NCBI GenBank assembly: GCA_024137785.1
Contig: JAHRHZ010000009.1
Span: forward strand, 23,718,601-23,782,600
Direction: 5' to 3'
Length of the DNA: 64,000 nucleotides
From: Ginglymostoma cirratum
Taxonomy: Eukaryota
The notes below the pieces were generated by a model that was not told the origin of the DNA, made no database searches, and saw only the letters and a program-made list of their open reading frames with translations. The position numbers and the translations under genes are program-made. Positions 12,630-24,700 of this stretch are shown here, piece after piece (within the stretch, counting starts at the first letter, position 1; each line of letters starts with the position of its first letter).

Positions 12630-13930
12630 AGTACTGAGAGCACGGGCTGAGTATCACAGCAGAGCGAGTACGGCCGAGTCTCACAGCAGAGAGAGCATGG
12701 GCCGAGTCTCACAGCAGAGCGAGTACAGGCTGAGTCTCACAGCAGAGCGAGCATGGGCCAAGTGTCACAGCAGAGAGAGCATGGGCCGAGTCCAGTGTCA
12801 GAGTGAGCACAGGCCGCATCTCACAGCAGAGCGAGTACAGGCTGTGTCCCGCAGCAGAGCGAGTGCGGGCTGAGTCCCGCAGCAGAGCGAGTGCGGGCTG
12901 AGTCTTACAGCAGAGACAGCACAGGCCGAGTCCAGTGGCAGAGCAAACACAGGCCGAGTCTCACAGCAGAGCAAGTACAGGCAGGGTCTCACAGCAGAGA
13001 GAGCACGGATCGAGTCTCACAGCAGAGCGAGGACAGGCCAAGTCACAGCAGAGAGAGNNNNNNNNNNGCCGAGTCTCACAGCAGAGCAAGCATGGGCCGA
13101 GTCTCACAGCAGAGCGAGCACGGGCCGAGTCTCGCAGCAGAGCGAGCATGGGCCGAGTCCAGCGGCAAGTGACTACAGGCCAATTCTTACAGCAGAGCGA
13201 GCACGGGCCGTGTCTCACAGCAGAGCGAGTACAGGCCGTGTCTCACAGCAGAGAGAGCACGGGCCGAGTCTCACAGCAGAGAGAGCACAGACCGAGTCTC
13301 ACAGCAGAGAGAGCACAGACCGATTCTCATAGCAGAGCGAGGACAGGCCAAGTCACAGCAGAGCATGCACAGGCCGAGTCCGGTGGCAAGTGATTACAGG
13401 CCGAGTCTCACAGCAGAGCGAGCACGGGCCAAGTCCAGAGGCAGAGCGAGCACAGGCCGAGTCTCACAGCAGAGCGAGTACAGGCCGAGTCCAGCGGCAG
13501 AGCAAGCACGGGCCGAGTCTCATAGCAGAGAGAGCACAGGCCAAGTCTCACAGCAGAGAGAGCACAGGCTGAGTCCAGCCGCAGAGCGAGTACGGGCCAA
13601 GTCCAGGGTCAGAGCAAGCACGGGCCGAGTCTCACAGCAGAGCGAGCATGGGCCGAGTCTCACAGGAGAGCGATTACAGGCCAAGTCATGCAGCAGAGAG
13701 TGTACAGGCTGAGTCACGCAGCAGAGCAAATACAGGCCGTGTCCCAGACCAGAGTGCGTACAGGCCAGGTCCCGCAGCGGAGCGAGTACAGGCCAGGTCC
13801 TGCAGCGGAGCGAGTACAGGGAGAATCCCGCAGCCGAGCGAGTATAGTCAGAATCCCGCAGCCGAGCGAGTGGTGGCTGAGTCCTGCAGCAGGGAGAGCG
13901 AGCGTTTCCCAGAGTGGTGGCAGAGCGAGA
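12630..13930. repeat. GC-rich 28-bp minisatellite, consensus about ACAGCAGAGCGAGCACGGGCCGAGTCTC, containing an assembly gap
   Basis: Dozens of diverged tandem units. A run of 10 N lies at 13058-13067. The repetitive ORFs (SHSRESTGRVSQQSEHGPSLTAER) come from the unit cycling through three frames. Confidence 0.95.
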
Positions 13931-14238
13931 CCTGGATGGAGGCTGGCATGTGGAGGCAGCATAGAATTGTGCTCTGGGGCCTGCAGGCACAGACTGGAAC
14001 TTAAGTACTTATGGCCACATATTATCATTCTGGACTTTTTCACTGTTTCATGCTAATTTATATTCTTTTTTTTCTGCAACAACTCTATATTTTATTACTA
14101 TGTAAGATTTGTACCTAGGTACTTGTTCCTATGATGGCACCATTAAAGGCAGCCATTGTAAAAATTTTCACTGTATTCCTGTACTTCTGTACTGGAGTAC
14201 ATGTGACAATAAAGGATGTTCTATTGTATTCTATTAAA
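13930..14238 (+). mobile_element. Probable non-autonomous retroelement 3' part attached to the minisatellite
   Basis: Ends TTTTCACTGTA...GTACATGTGACAATAAAG followed by a CTATT-type short repeat tail, a typical non-LTR 3' terminus. Confidence 0.45.
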
Positions 14239-14334
14239 AAGAATCCTTGTCGAACAAAATCATTGCTGCAATGGCTTCCCTCAACCAAGCTTCACAAATC
14301 CCATCCACCTAAATCCAATTACACACGTTTACAT

Positions 14335-14865
14335 TGGAACATAGGCAATGGGAGCAGGAGTAGCCCCTAGTTGGTCCATCAAGCCTGCTCCACCATTCAA
14401 ACAACTATTTACCTCAACATCGCATTTCAACAATCCCTATATCCTTTGATGTAATTACTATCTAAAAGTCTATCAATTTATGTCTTGAACATGTTCAATT
14501 CCAAAGATTCACTTTGACTGAAGGAGTTCCTCCTTGCCTCAATCTTAAACGGCCTGCCACTTATCTTGAGACTGTGTCCCCAGGTTTTAGACCCACTAGC
14601 AAGGGGAAACATCTTTTCTATAAGTATGTTGTTATGCCTTGAAAGAAATGTTTATGTTTCAATGAGTTCACCTCTCATTTTTTGAAACTGCGGTGTATGT
14701 AAACTCTGTTTCCTCAATATCTCCTCATAAGTAATCCTGCCATCCCAGGGATTAGTCTGGTGAACCACCCATGCATTCTCTCTATGTCAAATACATCCTT
14801 CCTTAGGTAAGGAGACAAAACTGTACACAAAAGTCTAGGGTGGTTTTAACAAGGCTCAATATTTG
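14335..14865 (-). mobile_element. CR1-group LINE 3' fragment
   Basis: Reverse complement of a CR1 tail (GGAGCAGGAGTAG...AAGCCTGCTCCACCATTCAA) continuing into decayed ORF2. Confidence 0.75.
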
Positions 14866-15135
14866 CATCAAATCAATGCATTCATGCACACATTTCTAAA
14901 GTAAACCAAAGAAATAATAATAATCCAGTTAATCTCATCTATAACTAATGGTGTGCCATACAGATCATGTGCTGGGCCCACAATTATTTACAATATATAT
15001 TAATGACTTGGATGAAGGAAGTGAATGAGGATGACGTAAAAAATAGGTGGAAAGGCAAGTGCTGATGATGACACAGAGTCTGCAGAGGGATATAGACAGT
15101 TTAAGTGAGTGAACGAAAACTTGGCAGATGGAAGT

Positions 15136-15495
15136 GGGGAGGCGATGGCCTAGTGGTACCATCACTGGACTGTTAATCTGGAGACCCAGAGTGTTCCGGA
15201 GACCCGGGTTTGAATCCCACCATGGCAGATGGTGGGATTTGAATTCAATAAAATATCTGAAATTAAGAATCTAATGATGACTATGAATCCATTGTCGATT
15301 GTCAGGAAAAACCCACCTGGTTCACTAATGTCCTTTAAGGAAGGAAACTGCCATCCCTACCTTGTCTGACCTACATGTGACTCCAGACCCTCAGCCCTGT
15401 GGTTGACTCTTAACTGCCCTCTGGGCAAATAGGGATGGGCAATAAATGCTGCCTGGCCGGTGATGCCCTCATCCCGTGAAAGAACAAAGAATAAA
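15136..15495 (+). mobile_element. Near full-length tRNA-derived SINE
   Basis: Pol III A box TGGCCTAGTGG at 15146-15156, B box GGTTTGAATCC at 15207-15217, LINE-derived tail TAGGGATGGGCAATAAATGCTG and an A-rich end. Confidence 0.85.
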
Positions 15496-15632
15496 GGCAT
15501 ATACTGTGGAGAAATGTGAGATCATGCACTTTGGCAAGAACAATAGAGGAACTAAATATTAGTTAACTGGAGAAAGACTACAGAAGATGGATTTGAGGAT
15601 CCTTGTCCATGGATCACAAAAAGCTCACATTC

Positions 15633-16434
15633 AAAGTTGCTGGAAAAGCCCAGAAGGTCCGGCAGCATCTGCGAAGGAACAAACAGAGTTAACGTTTCGG
15701 GTCCGGTGACTCTTCCTCAGAACTGATGGTGGCTTGGGAAAACATCAGTTTATATGCAGAAATAGGGAGGTGGGGGGGGTATGGAGTAAATGATAGGGTA
15801 GAGCCCAAAGAGAGAGAAAGACAATTGGGCAGACCAAGGAGTTGCTAACGATCAGGCTGGGAGGGTGAACTGTTGTTCATGTAGACTGTTAGTGACTAAC
15901 AGGGGGTGTATGTGGTAACAAGGCCTGGTGTGTGGGGTGGGGGGTTGGGAAATGGGAGAGTTTAGGCCTTAAAATTATTGAACTCAATATTGAGTCCAGA
16001 GGGCTGTAGGGTCCCCAAGCGGAAAATGAGGTGTTGTTCCTTGACCTTGCGTTGCGCTTCGCTGGAACACTGCAGCAAGCCAGAGACAGAGATGTTGGCC
16101 AGGGAGCAGGGTGCTGTGTTAGAGTGGCAGGCAACGGGTAGTTCAGGGTCTTTTTTGTGAGCAGAACGTAGATGTTCTGTGAAGCAGTCACCAAGTCTAC
16201 GCTTCATTTCTCCAATGTAGCAGAGACCACATTGTGAGCAGCGAATGCAGTGGACTAGCTTCTGGGAAGTGCAGGTGAAGTGTCGCTTCACCTGAAAGGT
16301 ATATTTGGGCCCTTGGATAGTGGGGAGGGAGGAGGTCATTTTCCTTCACAGATGCTGCCAGACCTGTTGGGCTTTTCCAGCAACTTCGTTTTTGTTCCTG
16401 ATTTACAGAATCCGCGGTCCTTTCAGTTTTTATT
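15633..16434 (-). mobile_element. 5'-truncated Penelope-like element (GIY-YIG endonuclease fragment) with an inverted terminal repeat and a TSD
   Basis: ORF 15962-16339 reads FTCTSQKLVHCIRCSQCGLCYIGEMKRRLGDCFTEHLRS...EQHLIFRLGTLQPSGLN. 16339-16430 is an inverted terminal copy. Flanks are AAGCTCACATTC (15621-15632) and AAGCTCGCATTC (16435-16446). Confidence 0.9.
15688..15725 (-). ncRNA. Putative minimal type-I hammerhead ribozyme (best-preserved copy in the window)
   Basis: Minus strand CAGUU CUGAGGA A GAGUC ACCG GACCC GAAAC GUU AACU. Intact CUGANGA and GAAA core, stem II with one mismatch, palindromic AACGUU in place of stem III, stem I AGUU/AACU. Confidence 0.65.
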
Positions 16435-18329
16435 AAGCTCGCATTCGAGTTCAGTCAGTACTAACAAAAGCAAGTGGAATACTGGCCTTCATTTTGAAGT
16501 GAATGAAATATAAAATTAGGGAGATTTTGCTAAAACTGTACAAGGTCCTAGTCAGATTACACTTGAAAACTATGAACTGTTTTGAGACCCCTAATTAAGA
16601 AAAGATATACTGGCATTGGACGCAGTCAGAGAAGATTCACTAGGTTGATACCAGGTTTGAAGAGACTGTCTTATGAGGGGATGTTGAGTAGACTGGGCCT
16701 GTACTCATTGAAATATAGAAGAATGAGAGGCGACTTTATTGAAACATACAAGACTCTGAGAGGACTTGACAGAGTAGATGGAGAAATGCTGTTTCCCCTT
16801 ATGGAAGAGTCTAGAACCACAGGACAGAATCAAGGGGCTGCACGTTTAAGACAGATATGAGAAGGAATTTCTTCAGTCAGAGTGCAGTGAATCGGTGGAA
16901 TTCTTTTCTACACAGCACAGTGAGGCTGATTTCTGAAGTATATTCAAGACCGAGATAGACAAATTTTTTTTACATGTAAGGAGTCTAGGGTTTTGCAGAA
17001 AAAGCAGGAAAATGGAGTTGAGGTTTATCAGATCAACCATGTTCTCAATGAATAACAGAGTAGACATGATGGGCTGAGTGATCTATCTCTGCTCCTATGT
17101 CTTGCAGTCCTAACCCTCAAATGCTTATAAAGAAACGTTATTGAGGCTGTAGGAAACAAAAAGGAAAATCATAAATTTACACATTATCAGGGCCCATACT
17201 AGTGTAGTATGCATTTGAACCCACGTTAAATAAAGACTGTGTTAAATACCACACAATTAGGAAAGTTAAAAGATTTGATTCTTTTTAAAAACTTTTCAAA
17301 ATGTTGTTTAATAATCCAGTTGAACCATGAGATAATAAATTGCAGATCCGAAAATGTATCTATTTACTATTGTGTACTTTAGCTATCAACAATAACTAAG
17401 AAAGCTTTAAGAAAAGGTATTTCTTCCACTGCTCTATCTCTTTTTCATTTATTTAGGTTAAAATTAACATATTTTCCACAGTGCATGAGTTGTTAGTTAA
17501 TTAATTATGCAATGGAAGTTAAAGCAAAGAAAACCAAATTCTACATATTTATAATTCTGTAATTGTTTAAAATCTTGTCTCCTTTGATCAAGCATTTGAT
17601 AACAACATGGAAGAAAGTCAATAAAAATATGTTATCATTTATAAAGTTACATCTAATAGCCTGGTAAACTTTATCAAATTGTCCTTATTTGCATATTATT
17701 GGCATTGAAAAGCTCAAATCAATATGTAATCGATGATGATTTTTCTTGGGAATATTAGTCCAGCTGTAAAGGAATTAAAACATTCGGATCTGTTGAGCCT
17801 TGGTTTTTATATTAAACACTGACTCATGCAATATAAAATCAGCTGTTGATGTCAGCTTAGCAGCAACAACGAACCAAGTATTGAGAGAAGTAGTCAAATT
17901 GTCATGTGACTATGTCACTTTTTTACTAAAACAATGAATTTGTGCTTTGCCTTTACTTAAAATCTTGTGAATGTTTCAGGATTCTGATGGCACTCTATGT
18001 TCAAGAAATATTTCCATGTCATCCACTTCAAAGTACTAATTAAACCTGACACAAATGTAGGCTCGAGTTAGAAAGCTAAGGTAAAACTGTTTAGAGCAAC
18101 ATTACAAAGTTCAGGTAAACTCAAAACAGGTGCATTGAATCACATCTGGCAAAAATCATAATATCTTGATTTTATTTAGGGTTTTACCTGCTCATACCAT
18201 TTCAAATTGTTTTAAATCATTATTTAAGTTTGCAAGCAAAAGCTGCCATTATAAAGATGAACACAGCAACCATTCTGAATGTTGAGACTCCCTCAAATTC
18301 CAATGAATAACCTTTTCTTTTCTGGAAGG

Positions 18330-18600
18330 CATTAGTTGGAGGAAAAATATTTGCTAAGAAGCCAGTTTTTTTTAAAATGGTGGTTTGGATCTTTAATGTC
18401 CACCTGAATCATCAAGATAGATAAATGTGACCTCAGTTTAACAACTAATCCACAGCATATCACCTCTGATAATGCAGTATTCCCTTGATACTGCACTACT
18501 GTGTCAGGGAGATTATAAGATCCAACTCTGTGATGAAGTTTGAAGCCACAAATTGCTGGCTTAGAGTCAAGGCATTTTGCTGAGTGACTCAAGGCTTGAA
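18330..18600 (-). mobile_element. Old tRNA-derived SINE (DeuSINE/SacSINE1-like)
   Basis: Minus strand shows a tRNA-like head, then GTGCAGTATCAAGGGAATACTGCATTATCAGAGGTG...GTTAAACTGAGGTC...CAGGTGGACATTAAAGATCC, which resembles the Deu core as I recall it. Confidence 0.6.
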
Positions 18601-20712
18601 TAAGTGTGTTTTTCTCTTAAAACGGGAAAACTGTTTACTGTATCACTTTACCATTGATTTCGACAAATGAAATAAGGATACAATGCATTGTTGGTTGATG
18701 TTTGATATACTTGAGTCACCTACAAATGCAATTGGGGTTTGTTCCCTTATACATACAGGATACAATGTTAGACTTTTAACTTGTAAACTAGGAAACTGTG
18801 AAGATTTATAAGCACTTCCTTTAATACTATAATCACAGAGAATCAAAGGGAGAAGTGCACATCCACTTCAGATTTAAAAACACAGTTACCAAATATCCAA
18901 GAAAATACATTGTAATTTTAGTCCTAACCCACTGTGTATCTAAAACCAGCCATTAAGAAAGGTTAACTGATGGCAACTTTTCAAAGCTGTTGGTAGTATA
19001 TTCAGCAACTCCAGCAAGTATAATTTTATGACAGCGCTTAGAAGCACTTGTCCTCCATCTCATTGGTATATTGGTTGCTTTCCTTTAACACTAAGAAGTT
19101 TAAAATCAACATAAAAGTTGAGGTGGGGCTCAAATGAATGTCCTCACCACTGAGAGACATATACCTCATGTTTCTTTATAGAAATTCCAAAGACTGTCCA
19201 GCATATGTTGAGGTGTCCTGGGAACCATAGACACACTGATACAGAGTGCACATTCCAGTGACCTAACTATGCATGGGGTGTGTCTTCTGAGGTCAGTAAA
19301 GAGGCCTAGACTCAGCAAAGTTTGAGAGCACTTAATGCATTTTATTTACCGTCTGTCAACTTTTATGGAGTTTTTTTAATTCTTGTGATATGTAGTCTTA
19401 GTGCTAGCTTGAGACAGTCAGGACTATTTTTAATATATTTAGAAGTCGGCTAAAAAGGAGTTCTACTGGAAAAATCTTTATGAGAGATTAAATGAAGCTA
19501 GAAGATGAGGTAAGTGGCAAGTGGATGTTTGACAAGATCAATAATTCTAAAAACTTATTCAAGAACACACTTTGATTCAGGTTGTCATTCTCTCCAAGTG
19601 TCCAACAAATATTGCTCCATACTAATTATAGGATTTCAATGCATGCTGTGGTAAGTTCCACAAGTTACCATTGTGCAATGGTTACGGCTAACAATGGATA
19701 ACGTTTTCCCAAAGTATCTAGCGCTGTACGATTGAGAAAAGTCTCTGGCCAACCTTTGTACTCTTCTGTTAATTAAAACAACTTTGTTTTGTAGGTGGGG
19801 AGGGGGTCGGACAGAGCTGTGCTTGTTTCCACTCAGCCTGTACAATTAATCAGTCAGCTTCTTAGGAACAATGAAGAGTGACTGCTTTGAGGCCCTGTTG
19901 TTGAGGCAGTCAGCAAGCAAAATGTACATTTCCTATTGCGCATAGCCAACAGAAATTAATTTGCCAGTTTTCCCATGTCAGGTAACATGAATAAGCATTA
20001 CTGCCACATGGAGACAAGTTTCCCTTTTGTTGCTTGGGATCTCTGTTTAATGGTGGCAAAACAATCCCTTATTTATGTAACTGATTTTTGATTTATTTAT
20101 AAATCAGTAATACCTTTTCAGTAAATATTTATATATATATATATAGTCTTGGGCTCAGTAATTCATTTTATCCAATATTTACTCTGATGGATTTTTTATA
20201 TTCACATTATTTAAACACCAACTAAAAGTTAGCATTCATAACAGAAGTCAGATGCCATCTTTGTTATGTAGCTTTCATAAAACAATCAAAGAAACAGGAA
20301 CAATTTTCTTTTGACTAGATATGCCTACAGGCTGTGAAGAGTAACCTACTTCTATACAAAGCGTTTAACACAGTACAGGTCCCAAAGCCTTTACTGATTG
20401 GGCAGTCACCAAGCCATTGTAAAAGGGCTATGGAAATACCTGGGGGCGAAAGAATGGGAGGAGAGTACATCAGTAAGTGAAGAGAGAGAGTGTTCCAGCT
20501 GAATTTATATGAATTACCTTGTGTGACTGTTGTGGTGAAGTGGTAGCACTCTTCCCTGAGTCATGAGATTCTGGATTAAAGTCCCATTCTAGGTTTGCGG
20601 CACAAAAATCAAGCCTGAGGTGCCAATATAATTTTAAGAGAGTGTAGTGGGGTTGGGAGCAGTCATGAACTGAATGTCCTATTGACCCTCTTGGATGGAA
20701 GCCAAGAATCCT

Positions 20713-21590
20713 GGATGACACCAAAATTGGAGGTGTAGTGGACAGTGAAGAAGGTTACCTCAGAATACAATGGGATTTTGATCAGATGGGCCAATGGACC
20801 GAGGAGTGGCAGATGCAGTTTAATTTAGATAAATGTGAGATGCTGCATTTTGGAAAGGCAAAGCAGGGACTTATACACTTAATCATAAGTTCCTGGGAAG
20901 TGTTGCTAAACAAAGATGCCTTGGAATACAGGTTCATAGTTCCTTAAAAGTGGCGTCACAGGTAGATAGGATAGTGAAGAAGGCATTTGGTATGATTGCC
21001 TTTATTGGTCAGGGCATTGAGCAAGGGTTGAGAGGTCACATTGCAGTTACACAAAACATTGGTTAGGCCACTTTTGGAACACTGCATGCAATTCTGGTCT
21101 CTCTGGTATAGGAAGGATGTTGTGAAACTTGAAAGTGTTCAGAAAAGATTTGCAGGGATATTGCCAGGATTGGAAGGATTGAGCTATAAGGAGAGGCTGA
21201 AGAGATTGGGTCTATTTTCCCTGGAGCATCGGAGGCTGAGGGGTGGCCTTATAGAGGGTTATAACATCATGAGAGGCATGGATAGGGTAAATAGACAGGG
21301 TCTTTTCCCCGGGTTGGGGCAGTCCAAAACTAGAGGGCAAAGGTTTAAAAGGGACATGAGGGGCAACTTGTTCATGCAGAGGGTAATGCATGTATGGAAT
21401 AAGCTGCCAGAGGCAGTGGTGAAGGCTGGTACAATCACAACATTTAAAAGGCATCTGGATGGGAAGGATTTAGAGGGATATGGGCCAAATGCTGGCAAAT
21501 GGGTCTAGATTTATTTTGGCTATCTGGTCAGCATGGACAAGTTGGAAGGGAAGGGTCTGCTTCTGTGCTGTACATCTCTATAACTCTAAT
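20713..21590 (+). mobile_element. CR1 LINE 3' fragment
   Basis: DDTKIGGVVDSEEGYLRIQ...EWQMQFNLDKCEMLHFG and LVRPLLEHCMQFWS...LFSLEHRRLRG, ending in CTCTATAACTCTA. Confidence 0.92.
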
Positions 21591-21624
21591 CCCATGGCAC
21601 TGGTTCAACTCTTTCTTTTTAAAA

Positions 21625-21755
21625 AAATGTGTTTCCAGATATTGTTGAATCAACCTATTCCCAGGTGCTTTTCCACATTTCTGGAACAGATGCGACGTGA
21701 ATGTAGGTCTCCTGGTCCAGAAGTAGGGGCAGAACTGGTGCAACACGGGAGCCCT
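21625..21755 (-). mobile_element. Short degenerate tRNA-derived SINE
   Basis: Minus strand GGCTCCCGTGTTGC...CCCCTACTTCTGGACCAGGAGACC...AGGTTGATT. A similar remnant lies at about 57795-57915. Confidence 0.5.
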
Positions 21756-24700
21756 TCCAGGACTGGACAGGGATCTTTAAAACGATCCCAACTGAACTAT
21801 TTAGGCCAAGCATGTTTGGGCCAAAACGTAGCGGAAGAGTTGGTATCCTGTTTAATATTTACCCCTCAATTCAAGTCAGATTAACTGGTCATTATCACAA
21901 TACCATTTGTGGGAGTTTGTATATGACTTGGCTGCCCGGGGTCCCAGCAACAGTGGCTAACCGCCGGAAAAGTGCAAATTAAATATGATTTTTTTCTTCC
22001 TTTCACTATCTAAGTACTATTTTGGGAAACAGAATACCACAAGCTATCTGTAGCCGACATAAATTCAAAGAGGTCTAACAACTCTCTTTAAACATAAATC
22101 CAAAGTTCGCTTTAGTCTGTAATAAGCGCTTTTTGATCTCCAGAGCTTCTAAAGGGCGAGCTCCTTTCCAATTCCAAGAGCAAAATTATAAGGTCTTTGT
22201 AAGATTCTTTGATTGCGCGAATACCAGGAAGTCGCCAAAAATGACTGAAAAAAAAATTACAAGGGAAACGAAACTTTATCTGCGGGAGGGTCGGTTTTGC
22301 TTCTCCGTCAGTGTACTTCACGTATCTGCTCCAGCGCACGAGAGCTCAGTGATCACATTGATTGTTGGATTCAAGTCGATCACTGAGCAATCTTAAGAAC
22401 TGTTCAGATGATTCACAAATCTGTTTTGAGCCCTCTCCCCCCAAAAAAGTGACCTTATTGTGTTCTGTTGCAGCGGTTTGGCACTGAGACTGTATTATGT
22501 GGAAGCTGACAGTAGCAACAACATTGTTGATATGAGACACCCCACATAGTAAAAAGGGAACATGCCAATCCGCTGTATCCATGTGTTTACGCCTAACGCC
22601 AGTCTCCTAGTCTTGCCATTCTATACATTACTGCCGGTTGCCCTTACCAAAAACAAAAGCTAATGTTAACTTGTGTACGGGTTCTTCTGTCATTAAATTA
22701 CGCTTTTCTAGGGCGTTTGGGAAGCAATCTTGCAGGATGATAACCTTGCAGCACGTTTTCATTTAAGGTCCGGCTGGGATTGATTGTAGCTCCATGGAGT
22801 GAAAATCCCCACCCCAAATCGACCCCAAGTCACTGGGAACCCCCTCGGAAGTGTACGAGCTGCATTAAGCCTGTGCAATACTTTTTTTTGTTTCAAAAGG
22901 AAAATGTAACGGAAAAAGTAATGTCTCAATTCTTTTTGAGGCATGAAAATCGTTTGTGTTCTCCTCCAAAGAACTAGGTCATCTGCTCATAATTGCAAAT
23001 CATGCAATAAATCATTGGGCCCCAAAGATGAATTCCGCTCCAATAATGAAACAATGCTTATTGGCATGCCATGTCAGCTCAATTTAACTCACTCTCCATT
23101 CAGAATAACCAATCCACAATCTGCAATCCGAGGACGACACCAGATAAATCACTTGACTAAATGATGGCCTTGAAGGATCATGTGAACCTCTTTAAACTTC
23201 TGCTGTTGATTTCCCAGCGATACATTTCACATTATATTTACCACGCTGGGATTGAAATCTCCGAAGGGACAGCATTAAGCCTAGCAGCAAGTCCATCTAA
23301 GCAGCTCTCCCGTGCACTGGGGAATAATGACTGGAGACCTTTTATTTATCATGTTTTATTTTTGCTATTCCCACTGCACTTTGCAAAAGATTGCTTAAGC
23401 ATTTTTCTTCGATTCGCATTCGTTTTGACAGATTAAACGATTTGATGTCAAGCTTTGGTTTCTAACTTGCTGAGTATTAAAAGAAAATCTTATCCAGGCC
23501 GTCTATCACGTCATTAAACCACTTTTTTTTCTTTTTCATTTATGGTTATTAATGTTGCTAAAATATTGGTCCCCCACCTTTCTCTCTCAGGTCATCATCA
23601 CACTTTCCAAACTTCAGAAAACTTCGTGCCCGCCCCCGGCTACTACACTGAACTTCATTAATAAACGCACTAGTGTTTTCGCAGTTTAGTGGAGTAGAAG
23701 CTACAGCTCTTGTGTGTATTACACATTCAGGCTCCATGCAAATTTATTGTACAAGCAGGACTGTTCATTTGCAAGTAATTGTCGGTGGGAAATATGATGG
23801 CTATTCTAATATACACAAATAAAACAACCAATTAGATAGTGGGTTCTTGCAGATGCTGAAATTAATCAGTATAGTACAACTTATTTGATCACCGTTGTTC
23901 TCTTACTAAATCTAAGCAGTGTGTTATAATTACAGTGGCCTTCTGATCAACGCTGCCAAGATCGCACTTTTCTTAAAGGAACAATAGCGTTAAGGAATTC
24001 TAAATTATGAAATGGCATTTTATCGAACACGTTCTGCGTTCATGTACACCCAGCATTTGACCCTCTCTCCCACTATCAGAGTTTTGGAAGAGTTCCAAAG
24101 CTCGCACCTAAACGATAGGCTGCACCTTAGAAATTCCCCCGCCCCAATCATGTATTGGTGGCTTTGAGCTCAGGAAAGCATTTCATTCCCCTTCACCACC
24201 CCCCGCCCCCACAACGCTACTAACACCTGAAAAACTGACGCCATCTTTCTGATAAGCCAATTTGGGAGATCGTTCCACCCTTCTGTACAGCAGCCTGACA
24301 ACTGTGTGGTTGATTGTCAAAACAACTGGATGGTCTGAGCCAATAGAATAAAAGCGTACCGATGATCCAAGTTTTCCAAATCATTCTGTGAGCTGCTATG
24401 GAAATAGCCCACTGGCAAAAGACAGTCGAGCTGTTTAGCTCGAAAACTAACCGAAATATCAACTCATCTGATTTACTTCCGATTCCCTGGCTAATGAAAG
24501 TACTTTTTCGTGATTTGTTTTTGGGGGTGACGATATAAAACAAGTCTGATGTGCGCTCGCGCCTGCTGGGTGTTTCAAAAATGACCAAATCACATTCTCC
24601 TGATTCCATTATGAGTGATTATTTCAGCCACTTGCAGCTCTACTGAATGAAATGTTTGTACAGCTTTCACCTTATACCACTAATCACGGCGTTTATTGTG

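Larger units (their letters stand above)
14960..17110 (+). mobile_element. CR1 LINE (RT to 3' end) interrupted by a SINE and a Penelope-like element
   Basis: RT-like GSCAGPTIIY/INDLDEG region at 14960-15130, resuming at 15497-15632 and 16435-17110 (RRFTRLIPGLKRLSYEGMLSRLGLYSL...RMRGDFIETYK). Confidence 0.85.
20535..22000 (+). mobile_element. DeuSINE-like element split by later CR1 and SINE insertions
   Basis: Head at 20535-20712 (GTGGTAGCACTCTTCCCTGAGTCA...AAGTCCCATTC). The tail resumes near 21840 (AATATTTACCCCTCAA...CTGGTCATTATCACA...TTTGTGGGAG). Confidence 0.55.

Noticed and set aside
12630-13930. Possible CRISPR array (28-bp repeats)
   Set aside because: Units are head-to-tail with no unique spacers, there are no cas genes, and the context is vertebrate.
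12595-14056. Cluster of long ORFs in several frames on both strands
   Set aside because: Products of the stop-poor 28-bp minisatellite; the peptides are frame-cycling repeats with no domain.
15136-15225. tRNA gene
   Set aside because: A and B boxes are present, but I see no convincing cloverleaf and the sequence runs into a SINE body and tail.
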